A stretch of DNA of 64,000 nucleotides. Origin: Eledone cirrhosa (Eukaryota). Both the position numbers and the translations under genes were made by a program. The stretch is from assembly GCA_964016885.1 (NCBI GenBank), contig OZ024742.1:219418001-219482000 (forward strand). The letters run 5' to 3'. The notes below the pieces were generated by a model, which had not been told where the DNA came from, searched no databases, and saw only the letters and a program-made list of their open reading frames with translations. How positions within the stretch are numbered: position 1 is the stretch's first letter; the number at the start of each line of letters is the position of its first letter. Shown in pieces: positions 1-14,716 of the stretch.

Positions 1-581
1 AGAAGAAACTGTCGTCAATTGACCTGGTTGGATCCCCAAGCAAGACCAACTGGGTCTGAGAAAAGTACCAGATTGGTGACCGATGTGAATAAGACCACCA
101 AATATCACTGCAATATGGTAAGACACTTCCATTACTGGATTCAGATGGTAAAATGTAGAATTGAGTTTTAAAGAATACATCTGATATTATAAGTTCAAGC
201 TAAAATGTTAATATTTACATGTCACAGAATATGAGGAAATTTAAATACAGATTAATTTGGGAAATTAAATTGTTGATGGTCAAATTATTTCTGGATTATT
301 TTTCATCACATTTGTATAAATAACAAATATATTATGGAAAGTCCTCAGTACCAACTGTGACTAACTTCTAACTATCTTCCATTTTATGAGCCAGCTTAAA
401 CAATGAGTTCTTAGTCCCCACTTCCTTCCCTCCCACTCAGTCATGTTGATTTCTATTGAAGCAGAAATAAACTGAAGATATCACATACAGTAGAGTGGAT
501 ATCCAGAAATAGAAATAATTTAGAATATAGAGAGTGCTTAGTGTGATTGTTTCACCACAACAGGTTCAACTATAATAAAGA

Positions 582-900
582 CATCATCATCATCGTTGTT
601 TTAATGTCCTCTTTCTCTGCTAGCAAGGGTTGAACAAGTCTACATAGACCAAGTCAGTACTGAAGTGAGCTACTGATCTGGATAGGCTAGGCGTTCTGCA
701 CCTTGCTTATGTACAGTCATATGTTCTACTAAGTGCACAGGAGAGATTGGCATGTCTGATACACCCAAGGATCCTCCTAACTCATTGTTTGGAAAGCTTT
801 CTATGACTGGATGCCCTTCCTATCACCAACCACTTTACAGAGTGTACTGAGTGATTTTACCATGTAAATCACCAAAACTAGGGAGGCTATCATGTTTGGC
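582..900 (-). mobile_element. Non-autonomous repeat with RTE-type (GAT)n tail
   Basis: Shared block tgctagcaaggg...tctacatagaccaagtcagtactgaag...ctgcaccttgct also at ~2415-2540 (-), ~9403-9640 (-), ~9950-10190 (+) and partly ~38890-39170 (+). Confidence 0.65.
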
Positions 901-3187
901 AAAACACTATTCTATCAATGATTGACAATATAAATGGCATCCAGTTATAAACATTTTTACCATGTTTGAATGGGTTGGTTGAAGTTTCTCACCCTCTTTA
1001 CAGAGAGGACTGGGTTTATTTATCACACAACCAGTGCTAAAGAGGCTCACTGATGCAGAACCAAACTGTCAACTCCATCCTATATCAGACTGTTTTTGTT
1101 GTTATTGCCCTACATCACAAGACAGGTGTTTGTGATGTGGTGGCACTGGACACAATAAAGCCATTGTTATGTAGCTGCACTCACTAACCTTCACCAAAAT
1201 CTCAAACTGGTTCTAGGTCAGTATTAATGTAGAAGAGCTGTAGATGGTTAAGTTGATAGTGTACCAAGCAACAAGCTGAGAGGTCACCAACACACTTGAC
1301 TGCCAATGATCAAATTCAACAAATTATAAGTAGGTACTCAGAGTAGTAGTAGAATAAGTCAACATACTAATCACAGCAGTAACATGAGATTTGTTAGGCT
1401 TCAAGTACCAAATTCTATTCAACCTAGAGGAAAGATTGCCTGCAATTAAACTTTATTCTATTGTGACAGATTTGTTTAATTCCCACAACACTACAGAAAC
1501 TGCTGTCAGCACTAAGCCAGTGGTTAAAAAAAACAGACAACAGATATGTAAAACCAATGAGAATACTGGTAATAAATGTAGGAACAGAAACTTCAGTAAA
1601 ACAGTGATAGTCTCCAATGGAAAATTCTTTTGAAATAATAAAATTCTCCATGCTGCAAGGAGAGATGAATTCTGACATATCAAGTAGTTCCATTCCTGCT
1701 TCAGAGAAATTTTACAAATTTTAGGTTCTGTATGTGTTGTTTAACCCTACATAAATTCAAATCAAGCAATCCAACTATAACCAACTTATCCATATATATT
1801 AGGGTATATATTGTCCAAAGTGTTCCTTAAAACTTCAAGGTTTGATTAGAGGGAGATTTGACTGCTGTTTCTTGCATGTTGAGTAACCATTTTACAGCTA
1901 CCTCATTAAATTATAAAACATGACATTGTCATACCATATGCCAACTCTATGCAAGTAGGCCTCTGATAAAAGAAGTTCTGTCTTTTTAAGGGTATGTCCT
2001 TTTCTTATTTAAGATGATCTGGAGAATTTGCAGGGATTTGGCTGCTATTTCCAACAGGCTTAGCAACATTATTGGCTCATAAACAGTGAAGTAAAATAGA
2101 CACATTACACCATAATTACAAAAGTACAAATAAAAGTTATATTAATATTTCCAATATAGATGGCATGCATAGAGCTGTACTACAGAAGCAAATAGATGGA
2201 TATTTCTTTGTTTTAGCTTGGCTTGTTTAAACTATCTAACTTTAAGCTGAAAAAAATTATCTTTGGATTGTTTTGTTTTGATCATCAGTGATTCAGAATT
2301 TGAAGAACAATTTTTTTTCATTTCAATAGAAATTTGGAAAAAAATGTTTTTAATCAGATATTGATTAATGTTGGGGGATTTATGTTAAAATTTCATATAG
2401 TAATACATCTAATTCTATGCTTGCAAGGGTAGGACGAGTCTACATAGACAAAGTCAGTACTGAAGTTGGGCTGCTGATCTCCTAGATAAGCCAAGGATCT
2501 GCACCTTGCTCATGTACAGATTCATATATTTGATTAAATGTAGAGAAGAAAACAAGATATAAAATATACTTTCATTAATCTTTTGAGAAAATCTGATTTG
2601 TTATTCTACAGTAATTGAATTTTAACAGGTGGATTTATATCCAGTTTCCTGAAACTGATATCTTTCTCCTAAATTTGTCCAACTAAAGACAAATTCTGGA
2701 GTCTCCCCACCATTCCTTTTTAATAACTGGATTTTTTTCGAATCATAAAATAAAATAGCAATGAATTGAGAAACAAATCTGAATAATCATCATCATCATT
2801 GTTTTTAAATATGTGCTTCCATGACATGGGTTGGACAGAACTTTTTGAGGAAGTGTTTACAGCCAGATACTCTTCTTGAAGCCAACACTTTAGTAGCCAC
2901 TTACATACATAGAAATACCAGTGATTGTTTTAACCTGCACTTTAGAGGGGACTGTTCAAAAAATATATTGCAGTCTCCATCTCACGCTGTAAAAACTGGC
3001 AATCGGTCTGTGACTGGTTATGGGAGGTGTGGAATAGACTCAAATATTGAATATCCCAAGACCCCAAAGAGGGTTCAAAAGGAAGAAAAGCATAACAAAA
3101 TTGGAACTTCTAAATCTAATTTGTGCAGTAAGTTTAAATTGTGTCAAATGCTACATAGTAAATGACATTTAAAAGTCTTAAACCACT

Positions 3188-3470
3188 CATACACATATAT
3201 ACATATATATATATATACACACACACGTATATATATATATACATACATACACACACACATACATACACAGACACATATACACATATACACACAGACATAT
3301 ACACATATATATACACATATACACACACATATATACATATATGTATACACACATATATATACACAGACACACACATACATATATGTATACACATACATAT
3401 ATATACACAGACACACACATACACAAACACACACGTGCACACACACACACATATGCACACATACACATGA
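3188..3470. repeat. Compound (AT)/(AC) microsatellite
   Basis: Direct inspection. Confidence 0.97.
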
Positions 3471-3471
3471 G

Positions 3472-3801
3472 AGAGAAAGCGGACCACCTTCGATCACGAA
3501 TGTCCATGGGATTTGCACCTAGAAAGTTCTCCTCCGAGGCACAAGCCCGGGTAAGGTTGTTTGTGGAAGACCAGCAGTCGCCCATGTATACCAGTCTCCC
3601 ACCGATAATGTCCAAGGGAAAGGCAATGACCAATAGAGCTTGACACCAGTGACGTCGCAACTCATTTCTACAGCTGAGTAAACTGGAGCAACGTGAAATT
3701 AAGTGTCTTGCTCAAGGACAACGCATCATCCGGTCTGATAATCGAACTCACAACCTTCCATTTGCAAGCCCAATGCTCAAACCACTAAGCGATGCACCTT
3801 C
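3472..3801 (-). mobile_element. tRNA-headed SINE with the same head/central domain but a different (non-RTE) tail
   Basis: Same A/B boxes and CCTTGAGCAAGACACTT...CTCAGCTGTAGAAATGAG domain, continuing TTGCGACGTCACTGGTGTCAAG...; ends in an AT/AC microsatellite. Related copies at ~8148-8312 (-), ~11190-11400 (+) and ~53030-53140 (-). Confidence 0.8.
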
Positions 3802-6800
3802 ACACACATACACAGACAGACACACAGACAGATAAACGCACACCTACAGACAGACGCAAACAGACACACACACATGCTGTTGTCTCTATTATCTACTTAA
3901 AAATAAACGTGGTGTATGTATATATCTACTTTAAAAGCATAATTAATGTATAAAATGCCTACTATTTACTTTCATTGTTTTTTTTAGTATTAGGATAGCC
4001 TATTTTTACATAGTAATGATCTAAAATTTTAATTTATTTTTATTTATTTATTTTGTTTGTTTTTTTAATAAGTTTTTCTTTCTCTTGACCAGTAGTTCTT
4101 AAGCTGTTTTTGCTTCATGCTACACCAAAACAACCACCCAAAGAATTCTGGTACTATGTAACCACTTCTCATACACAGACACATTAAAACAAAAACTTTT
4201 TTCTTGTTGAGCATATACCTCATGTTTAGAACTGCTCTAGATACAAACATGTAACATTGAAAACATTTGCAAAGTTGTTTATGCTTTTTTGTTGTTGTTA
4301 TTGTTCTTTTTTGTGTGCTTCAAGGGGAGGGGTTCATATTAGCTGCATTCCTAAACAGTAACCTCATTGGCAGCACGAGATGGAAGAGAAGTTTAGGCAT
4401 CTGATGAAAACATTCACTTTATATGTAAATAAAGAATAAACAAGTCGGCTAATGAATAAATCTAATTTACAGAGGTCAGTTATGGTGTTGCTAGATCAGT
4501 AGATTATCAATAATTAATTTTCAGCCCTTATTCATCATCATCAAAAATGAATGTATCATGGTGGTGATGAAGGCAGTGGTGTTAGTGACACCAACAAATT
4601 GCGGGTGAAACCAATCCCTGCTCTTCTGTGACGATCTAAATTTCAGTTGAATTACAGTAAATCCCACGCACAAAGAGTTATATTCACTTTTTTTTTGGCG
4701 GGATGGGGTTGGGGGTGTTTTTTTCAACAATAGTATATGTTGTTGGTTATCAAAGTATTTTATGACACAGTAACAACCTAATCACTGATAATCCCTTCAC
4801 TGTATATATTGAGTATAATAGAACAGCCTCATGTAATATAACAGCCCTACATTATTGGCAGAGTCATTAAAACACTGGACAAACAGTATTTGTTCCAGTT
4901 CTTTATATTCTGAGTTCACATCCTCCTGAGGTCAACTTTGCCTTTCATCTCGATAGGGTCGATAAAAAGTAACAGTAATGAACTGGGGTCGATATAATCA
5001 GCTTTCCTCACACCCCCAAATTACTGGCCTTGTGCCTAAAGTAGAAATCATTATATAACAGCACCACATAGATAAACCATCTACATTATATAATAGGATC
5101 ACATGGATATATCTTCTACATGATATAACAGCCCTATATGACATGACAAAACACTACATGATATAATTACATAAGGTAACAGCCACATAGCATAACAACC
5201 CTTCGTGATATAATCCATGTCAACACAATCCGAGACCAATTCTCTTACTAAATGACTACGGACATTATGACAAAATCTAAAATATTTTCAATTTGAAATA
5301 TTTTTTAGTTGGTCTGAAATGAAATCATTGGGAGCAATGAAATAAAATGATTAAGGTAGTAGATTTATTAGAAGGGACAAAATATCTTCCAGTATTTCTA
5401 ACTCTCTACATTTCAAGTTCAAATCATGTAAAGGTCAAGGGTATAAAATAAAAATATAAAAAAATGTAGTTCTATGTGAAATGTTTATTTTAATTTATCA
5501 CGGAAAACAATTATATATTTTCTCAAGATACTGTAGCACGTATCCATGAGAGATAAGAAAGTAGCCAGACATCAAGAAATAAACTTAAGAAACAACACTA
5601 ATCTAATGTTTGTTTTTGTTGTTTTTGAAAGTTCAAAATAGAAAAATGTTAAAAAATTTCCTTCATAATAAAAATAAATCCCATGATAGCATTATGAAAA
5701 TGTGACTGATTTCTCTCAACGATATTATTTCAGACTTTCTCATACATATACGAGACTCATGACACACTTTTGTAGATGATGGAGTTAAGAGGGAGTGAAA
5801 ATTCAAGGATAGTCTAGTTATATGTCAATTAATAGTTGTTGACCGAAAACTTGTCAAAAATTAATTCCCAGAAAAAAAAAACCTGGTCTAAAGTGATAAT
5901 TGTCTTCCATTCCCTGGCTGAACAAGATACCTTCCTCTATTAATAACATGGCTATACGTGATGAAACAAGGAAAATGTATTTACATAAATAACACTGGAA
6001 GGAAAAAAATGTGATTCCTCAAAAATAACATTCATACAAAAACATTCAAATAGTTTAGTGTCACCATAGTAAGGAATTATTAATATTAATTAAACCTGGC
6101 TTGTTATTTTTATTATCATTTTACATCTGCTTTCCATGGTGCTATGGGTTGAGTGTGTGAATAATCAGTCAGGTCATAGACATTGCTCACCTAGACAGGT
6201 CAAAAGATACCATTTTTGGCATGATTTTATGGTTGAATGCTCTTCCTGACATCAACCCTTTTACAATGTGTACTGAGTGCGGATTTATCATGGTACCAGC
6301 ACTAAAGAGATTGCCAAGTTCTCAACATGATTAAAGAATCCACTCTAAATTAAAAAGTCCTCTATCATTTATATCAATGTAATCATTCAATTTGCCAGCT
6401 CAGCTCTACAAATACCAATGGAATACTTGCCTTCCAAGAATGTATTTTTACTTCAAACTATTTAGAGTGCATTGAATAGAATTTCATCTTTTCCCATAAA
6501 CTGATACGAGACAATGTCAACAACAAATAGCAGATAATTTTCCCCAATGTTCCGAGTTCAATTCCTAACTATTGGCATTACTTTTCCCTCCCAGGTTTAA
6601 TACAAAAATAACAGTAATGTACTAGCATGAATTCGTTTCATGATAATATCTGCAAGCATTGGTCATTTTGTCTAATTAAACAATCTAAGTTTTGTTAACT
6701 ATAGAGAAATGCCTATATTAGGGGTCTGAAACCCAAGGCTCATGGCCCACAAACTACTTTTCTATGGCCCACAGCAGAACAATTTTTGTGATTAATATTT

Positions 6801-8384
6801 TCTTAAACCTAGGTAATTTGGAAACTTATCTCCCTACATTTTGCACCAATTCAGATATCCAACTTACTATCATATGCATATTTATATTGATGGAGAAAAA
6901 AAAGCAGCCTATTAACAGTTGCAGATTAAGATTATAACTGGTGGAAATCATACCCTACAACCCCACCACCACCCTTGCCTCATCTAACTTTTGCCCTATT
7001 TTGCCTCTCCTCAAGACATAATGGCCCTTTTGAGTCCCTGGCCTATATGGTCACACCTGCTAAAATAGCTAAATCTCATTTATACAACACACTACACTCT
7101 AAAAGACATTGGATAATGTAAGATATACTAAGAATGAAAGAAAAGAATTGTCATAGCTGAAACACTATCCCAGAACTACTTGGTGCTTAACTACAACTTA
7201 TTAAATTACTATACTTAATTCTGTTTTCATGTGTATTCTGAGGTTTATTTATATACACCTTATTGCTGCCTGCCATAAGAACTGATTAAATGGGTTGATA
7301 TCAAGAAGGGAATCTAGTCATAAAACACTACCACTAAAAAGTCCCATCCAATCCATGTCAGCATGGAAAAGTGGCAATAAAAAAGAGGATGAGTAGTTAT
7401 ATTGAAATAAATTTATGGCCTACTGAATAAAAGCTTACAGTTTTGATGTTAAATTTATATAAAGTGTCTTTAATTTTAAGAAGAATGATGGAAACATAAA
7501 ATATTGTAAAATATTGTCTCACTGGTACACCTGTGAAGACAGCACTCTACAGAAATGTGCAGAAGAATACTCTCGAGAAGAGACCATTTCCTCCTTCCCC
7601 ACAATAAAATATCTTCTTCCCATACTTATTCCTGAGAGGATAGTGGGGACAGAGTCTTCAAACACACCTAACAGGTCCTATCAGAAGCAACCCTCTCCAA
7701 TTGATCAGGCTGAACCCCAAGTGAGACCAGCCAAGCTCATGCATGTTATCCAACCTTCTTCAAGATCTACCCCTAGGTTTCCTGCTGGCTGGATTTGGAC
7801 TGTAAAATCTGTCAAACATAATTTTGTTTTAAAACAAAAAGGGTATGGTTTGAGAGAGATTTGACGACTGTGTTGACTCTTAGACCCTGGCCAGTCCTGT
7901 TTGAACGAAACTTTATAGAAAGGTGTTCCAACTGAACCTAATTATTCCTAATTATCAAGTGGGTCCTGGGTCGAGTCAACATCCCCTCATTTCTATAGTG
8001 AGCCTGTTGTCCAGGGTTAAAGAATTATATATATATTATAAATATATTTCTGCTCACTTCAGAAATGTAGTCACTACTCCATCATTTGAAGTTGTCTAAG
8101 GATGTGTGTGTGCGCATGTGCGTGTGTGTGTGTGTGCGTACGTGCGTTGTTCAAGGGAAAGGCAATGGCCGATACAACTTAGCACTAGTGACATCGCAAC
8201 TCATTTCTACAGCTGAGTGAACTGGAGCAATGAGAAATATAGTGTCTTGCTTAAGGACACAATGCATCAGTCAGTTTGGGAATTGAATGCACAACCTCAC
8301 GATTGTAAGCCCAATTCTGTACTCTTTTTACATTCATTCATTCATTATCATATACTCTTATTATCACAGCCTTTATGTATTCTC

Positions 8385-8530
8385 CTTACCTTCATCTATC
8401 CTGTACTCTGCCTCATCTATCCTCAACAACCTCATCTGCCCTGTGCTCTACCTCATCTATCCAGTATTCTACCTCATCTACCCTATACTCTACCTCATCT
8501 ACCACATACTATCTCCTCATCTATCATGTA
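8385..8530. repeat. Degenerate ~22-bp tandem repeat (ctacctcatctatcc...)
   Basis: Motif cctcatcta recurs about 7 times. Confidence 0.8.
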
Positions 8531-11189
8531 CTCTTATTACATCATCATTTACCTGATGTTCTAATTTTTCACGTGTTACATGGAGCAATAATTTCCTGTC
8601 AGTCAGCATATATTATCACTGCCACAGTAAGAAAACCAGTTATACAGCAATATGATTTTATCTGAATTCCTATAATAGTTGGGTCATGCTTTGTGGTTTG
8701 GTTTCTTTTTTCATTCTTTCATTTTTCAAAAGAAGTTATGTAAGTTAAAATATTTTGAATGATCAGATGTTAAATGATGATGATGAATGCTATAGAATTA
8801 GTGAGTGTGTATGAACACACAAACACACACACGACCATCCTTAGACAACTTTAATGATGGATTGGTGTCTACATTTCTGAAGAGAGGAGTTACAATAACT
8901 ATATATATATATATATATATATAATTCCTTAACCCCCTTAATAGCAGTCTCACTTAAGATAAGAGATACAGAAATGTTCATATTTAAATCAAAATTTCAT
9001 AACATGTTTCAGTTGGTCAATAGCAGTGTAATATATATCAGTGGAAAGAAACTCTCAGGAGAGCTGGACAGCAGGTTTTCAGAGAATAAACCCCAATCAA
9101 ACAAGTATTTTGGCCCTTAACTTCAATATTTATATATTGAAGTTGCAGATATTTTACTAATTAATTCATTGAAAAATAAATTTAAAAAAAAAAAAATACA
9201 GGAAGTTTACTTGTTTGAAATAGTCATAACAGGGTGTAAATCCTTATGGAAAATTTTTTAAATGTATCATTAATGAAATTATTATAAAGTGTATTAAGGA
9301 ATTTAATTTTGTCTTCTCTACAATACATTTAAACACTATCCAGGCAAACATAACCTTTCATACACCCAGGGTAAAAAAAGAATCAGTCATGTACTGGGAG
9401 TATCATCATTATTATCACCATTTAACGTCTGCTAGCCCTTGCTAGCAGGGAAAGTGGGTCTACATAGAACAAATCAGCACTGAAGCATGGTTACTGACCT
9501 CCAGGACAGACCAGGGGGTCTGCATCTCGCTTACATACAATAATACATCCTATCCTATGCAAAGTTGAAGTTATCATGTCTGACACAACTTAAGGGTCCT
9601 AACTCCTTGGTAACAAGGAAGGCTGATGTTTAAATGATGATGAAATCATTGAGTAGGTTGTTTAGTTGTTTTTGATGGAAGAGTCCATGATGTATATTGA
9701 TTAGTGAGGAAGTGGAAGGACATCAGCCACAACCTTTCACAAGGACGCCAAAAATTGGGGTGACAAGAAACAAGCACCTGTAAGTCGCAGCAGTAGGGAG
9801 TAGCATCAAATTATCAAATCATCTATCCCCAAACGAGAACTATGATTCAAATGGTGTTAAGAGGATGGAAGATTCATCTAAAAGTTCCTAAGGGCTAGGT
9901 GCAATGAATGGGTTAGCATAGAAACAAAGCATCAAATTTTTGTTGTATGTGGAGGAAGGGCATCAAGCCATAGAAAGCTTATCCAACAAAGGGTTGGGAG
10001 GACCCTTCAGTTTGTGCCAAAAGACAACAACCTCTCCTGTGCACTCAGTAAAATATATGACTAAGTAAGTGAGATGCAGACCTCTTGACCTCTGGGAGGT
10101 CAGTAACCTTGCTTCAGTACTGACTTGGTCTATATAGATCCATCCAAACTTTGCTAGCAGGGAAAGCAGATGTTAAATGATGATGATGATGTGTGTGAAA
10201 GGGAACACTGAGATATTTTCTACAGTTACAGGCTATCTAAGATGACACATATTACAAATGTATCAAGATAAGGTGTCTTACATCTAAATTTATCTTGACA
10301 GCATGATTAAATGACAATTATTTTCAAAAGAACTGACTGGTGATTATTATCTGTATGAAATAGAGACTCTAATAAAATACCACTGCTTTAAAGATCTTAA
10401 AATTGATCTTTTGATCATATCTGCTTAACTCTACACCTGAGAGGGTAAAATATATGAATAACAACAATAAATTGAGATACAATATTGGAGATACAATATA
10501 TTGTAAAAGATCTACCAACTATAAACAAAATCTTTGAGTAGTTGGAGGTTATAAAGAATTTTAACAGAAACTTCTAGTTGCTTTACAGCTTCCTTTGCTT
10601 CGCATATTTTCTTTATTTTTTATGCTTATTTTGCCTCCTGTTGGCTTTCCCTATTTTTAATATTCACTTATCTCTGTATATCTTTTTTTTTTTTACTCCC
10701 AACTATAAGAAATACTAGATACTTCACCTAAAAAAAGAATAAGGGAGAGCATATATAATACCTCTATTACACAATATAACTGGGAATGCAAGGGTTTCCC
10801 TCTAAATTTTAAAATATTCATGAATTTACCACAATTGATAGTGAGATTGGGGTGTGGGGGGCTGGAACAAACAAGCTGCATCACAAACATGGCTTGTTAC
10901 TTTGATAAGATGAGAGAAATTTTAATGTCAGGCATCCAGCTCTCTCTCTCTTGAATGCCACAGGTTGAAAAATACAATACATCAACAAATTACTTAAACT
11001 AAGACTTTGGAACACTGAAAAACTTTATTCTATACAACTAAAGTAAACCTAGCTATTCTCATATGTTTATTGTATATAAACATAGTATCTGCTTTTTGAA
11101 AGCATCATTCAAACAACTAAAATTGTTCAAAGACAGTTACGATTTGTAGAACATTGCTGGAGAAGTAAGCAGGAAGTTATACACAAGCA

Positions 11190-11400
11190 ATGGCTTGGTA
11201 GTTAGAACATTGGGCTTGCAATCGGGAAGTTGAGAGTTTAATTCTTAGATCAGGTGATAAATTGTGTCTTTGAGCAAGACATTTTATTTCATATTGCTCC
11301 AAAAATGAGTTGCAACATCACTGGTACCAAGCTGTATTGGCCATTACCTTTTCCTTCGACAACATCGGTGCTGTGGATGTTTATGCAGGTGTAGCAAGCC
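11190..11400 (+). mobile_element. Degenerate tRNA-headed SINE (family of 3472-3801)
   Basis: TGGCTTGGTAGTTAGA, GAGTTTAATTCTT, CTTTGAGCAAGACATTTTATTTCA and GAGTTGCAACATCACTGGTACCAAGCTG. Confidence 0.7.
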
Positions 11401-13591
11401 ACATATGTTCTAGCCACTAGAAAAAGCAAAAATGAATGCTTCACCTTCAAAAGAAGGGTGACTCAAAAAGAGAGAGAGAAGCACTGTTGTGGGAACAACT
11501 CATTGGAGATGCAGTAGAGGAAGATCTGCTCGAACCTTCATCAATCAACTCTCAGTAGGGAGCAGTTGCCAGGAGAAATGGAAAATTGTGAATTGTGGAG
11601 AGACTTTGCCAGGAATTTTCAACTGTAGTCACAATGATGATAATATGCTTTCACATACACTCCAAATATCTATTCATGAGTAAGTGATTCTTATTTTATA
11701 AAAATGATGTACATCACAACTTCTCATTGTAGATCCCATTTAAAGCTTCAGAATATTACACACTGCTGAATTCAGTTGAACTTCTAGGCTGGGGGACATA
11801 AGCTTTATGCAAGACATATCACGACCACTTGCTTTAAACAGTGTAGATATATTGAAGTATGCAGCAACAGAAACACACATAAGAGAGTGGGGGGAGGGGG
11901 ACAAGAAAGAGTGAGAGAGATGGAGGTGAGGTTCCTTACAGTTTGCACTTACAAGGCAAGGGTTAGCCCAAAGCTATAATAGAAGTCACTTGCCCAAGCA
12001 GTAAGATTGAACCTGAAACCACATGATTATGAAGTGAACTCAACTACACAGTCCTCCCTATGTCTTTTATATAAAAAAAAAAAAAGGAGGGGAGGAACAC
12101 AATAGGCTTCCTTAAGTAAACAGAAATGGTGGGGAATTTTTATCTTTATTTTGTAGTTACATAAATACATGGTAACTATAATATCCTAAAATTTCACAAG
12201 TGAATCTATAAAGTAATAAAGTATACAGACACATGGTAATAAGTAGGCAAATTAATCCTCTCCTCTCAACTTCGGAAAAAATAAATTGCAATATAATTTT
12301 CAAGTTTACTTTAACTAAAGAACTTCCAAAATATCGAAATATTTTCAAATTTAAAAGAAAAAAATTTAAACACTTTAAATATTTATTTCCCTGTATAGAT
12401 TTTGGTTCACACTTATTTCAACACAAACCTTTTCAACTAGTCGACTGTAGACATTTTATTAAACAATGATTCATTTTCAGCAGACAGTTGTGAATCAACA
12501 ATACGACTCAGAAAACAAAGAAATAATGAAGTGAATCATCACAATGAAAGATATGAATATCTCTAAATGTGTTAAATTGTCAATTACTGTACAACAAAAC
12601 AAAGAAAGCCCATTAGTTAGTCTCTCAGACTGTAGATGCTGCCTCTTAGAGTTAAAATATAACAATTAGGAAAGATCTAAGTAGATTAAAAAAACTCAAG
12701 CATTTATGAGATGGCTGAGAATAACCTAAAAACTGTTTTCACTAGCTATTCTGTCATCTTTGTTAACAGATATAGATGACTACTATAATTATACCAACTT
12801 AGACATCAACAGAATTACATTATTATTATGTTGGTCCACATTTCCAAAGGCTTAACCAAGCTCACATGACATGCATCTGATGGGTTTCTAGGACATTCTA
12901 TTATGTCACAATTTTCTTGGTGATCAGAGACAAGATTTTAATTGAGGGCATACACAGCTGAAACAGATACTGGAAGACATCCCATCCAATGATCTAAAAG
13001 GTTGGCCAATTTACTGCTCAGGACAATTATAGGAGAGGGTATAGTGAATTGAATTGACACCAGTGTTTGACTGGTACTAATATTATCATCCACTGTAACA
13101 GCAGAACTTTATTTTTGATGTACTAAAAGACCACCACATAAGGTTTTAAATCCACTCAAAGTTATGGGTTAAATGATAGGATGAACATGGAGGATGAAGG
13201 GAAATAGAAGAGTGATAGCTGTAAGTGCAAAAATGACAAATGAACTGGCAGCTTGGATGAAATTATGACAGGGAGAGGTACTTATTGACATTCTTTAAAA
13301 GGTCAATATTGTAACTGTAAGGAAATCAATCCCTAGGCAGTCTGTTCCATAGACACGTGGTTCTAAGAATGAAACTGTCTCCCCAAAACTTATACCTGAT
13401 GCTAGGTATAGGAAGGAGTATGTAATTAAATACTGCAAAATATGTTGTCTATCATAGTTTGTACAATTCATTAACTGATTTTTTTTGGGGGGGGGGGTCA
13501 AAATAACGAAACCAAAATCATAAGACTCCTTTTTCACAGCTCAACAATAACATATTGAAAACACAAAAACAAAATAAAATACAGGCCATAC

Positions 13592-13774
13592 CTCCATGAA
13601 CTGAACAGTAACTTTGAAAGAAGGTGGTTGTTTGTTATTCTCTGTAGCTTCTCTCTTGCGTCTGTCAATCCCATCAAATAAATGTCCAATAGCTCGAGGT
13701 ATGATGCCAACATCATCTGGTGAAACGTCCACATCAAATCCACTCCCCATTGTATATGTCTTGCCAGAACCAGT
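13592..13774 (-). CDS. KIF21: KIF21-like kinesin-4, P-loop exon (183 nt, phase 0/0)
   Basis: tttcag|ACT GGT TCT GGC AAG ... TTC ATG GAG|gtatgg = [61 protein letters not shown]. With the previous exon it forms the GQTGSGKT Walker A motif; GFDV...GII and FKVxxQFxE are KIF21-type. Confidence 0.96.
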
Positions 13775-14136
13775 CTGAAATTGATAAAAATTAAATGTGA
13801 AAAATCTGTAGAAAATCAAATATTACATCTCGTAACCTTTACAAAACCCATTTGTTGCTAACTATAAAGTTGACTAAGAAATTCAAAACTTTATCTGTAT
13901 AACTAAAATTAATACATTAAATTACTAATTTTAGAGTGTGTGTGTGCACGCATGTCAGTGCGTGTGCATATATTAGTATTAACTAACGAACCATTACTTC
14001 AAATTTAGAACCAAACATTCATAATATTGTGCTTTAACAAAGAAAGGTTTTAAAAAATAGCAAATGTCTATGGTAAAAGACTTGGGGTACAGTGATAGTC
14101 AACATCAACCAATTAACTAACCAGCCAACCAACTAA

Positions 14137-14628
14137 GTCCTCTGCAGTCAGTGCCCATATTTCACTACCATGTAACATCGCACTTCACACACAGGTGTCA
14201 TACAGCCATCCTTTTGTATGAAGAGAGAAACCTTTTGTTGTCAACAGTGGAAGTAGCTCTCTAAAATACTTCCATCCTATTCTTATTCCAGCTATTGTAC
14301 TCTCGGAGCACCTTCCTCTGCTGCTAATTATGTCACTTAGCAGAATCTATCAACCACTTCTATGGATCCTTCATGTGATTGGAAAAAGGTTTGTATCACA
14401 AACTCTCCTCAACTACCTCTGTGTATCGTTTATATTCAAAAATCTTCCCTTCCTGCTTGTCTACCTGTTATCCTATTACATCTATTACATTGTATAGAAT
14501 TTACGCCTACTCCTTTACATATTGAGCAGGGCCATTTCCCTGAAGGAATCAGGGTCCTATCTTCTTTCCTACTTACTAGCACTTCAGTTTTGGCTAAGTT
14601 TACTCTCACCCCTTTTGATTCCAAATGT
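14137..14628 (-). mobile_element. Older RTE-clade LINE fragment (related subfamily)
   Basis: Minus strand MESKGVRVNLAKTEVLVSRKEDRTLIPSGKWPCSICKGVGVNSIQC and downstream KGFSLHTKGWLYDTC..AMLHGSE, homologous to copy C. Confidence 0.85.
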
Positions 14629-14716
14629 CAGTATATATTCTACACACACATTTACATACAAATATATATACACAAACATATATACACACACAAAGATGCA
14701 TGCATATATATACATA

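Noticed and set aside
1391-1693. Three overlapping short ORFs
   Set aside because: No recognisable motifs or splice-supported structure.
3134-3660. Overlapping ORFs rich in C/V/Y/H/T
   Set aside because: Translations of an AT/AC microsatellite and the adjacent SINE.
4521-4730. ORF containing FVGVTNTT, reminiscent of KIF21 VGVTTR
   Set aside because: No LYNEE or IHED motifs and no convincing splice sites.
11714-11735. IYNEK-like sequence on the minus strand as the next kinesin exon
   Set aside because: No AG acceptor and an immediate in-frame TGA.
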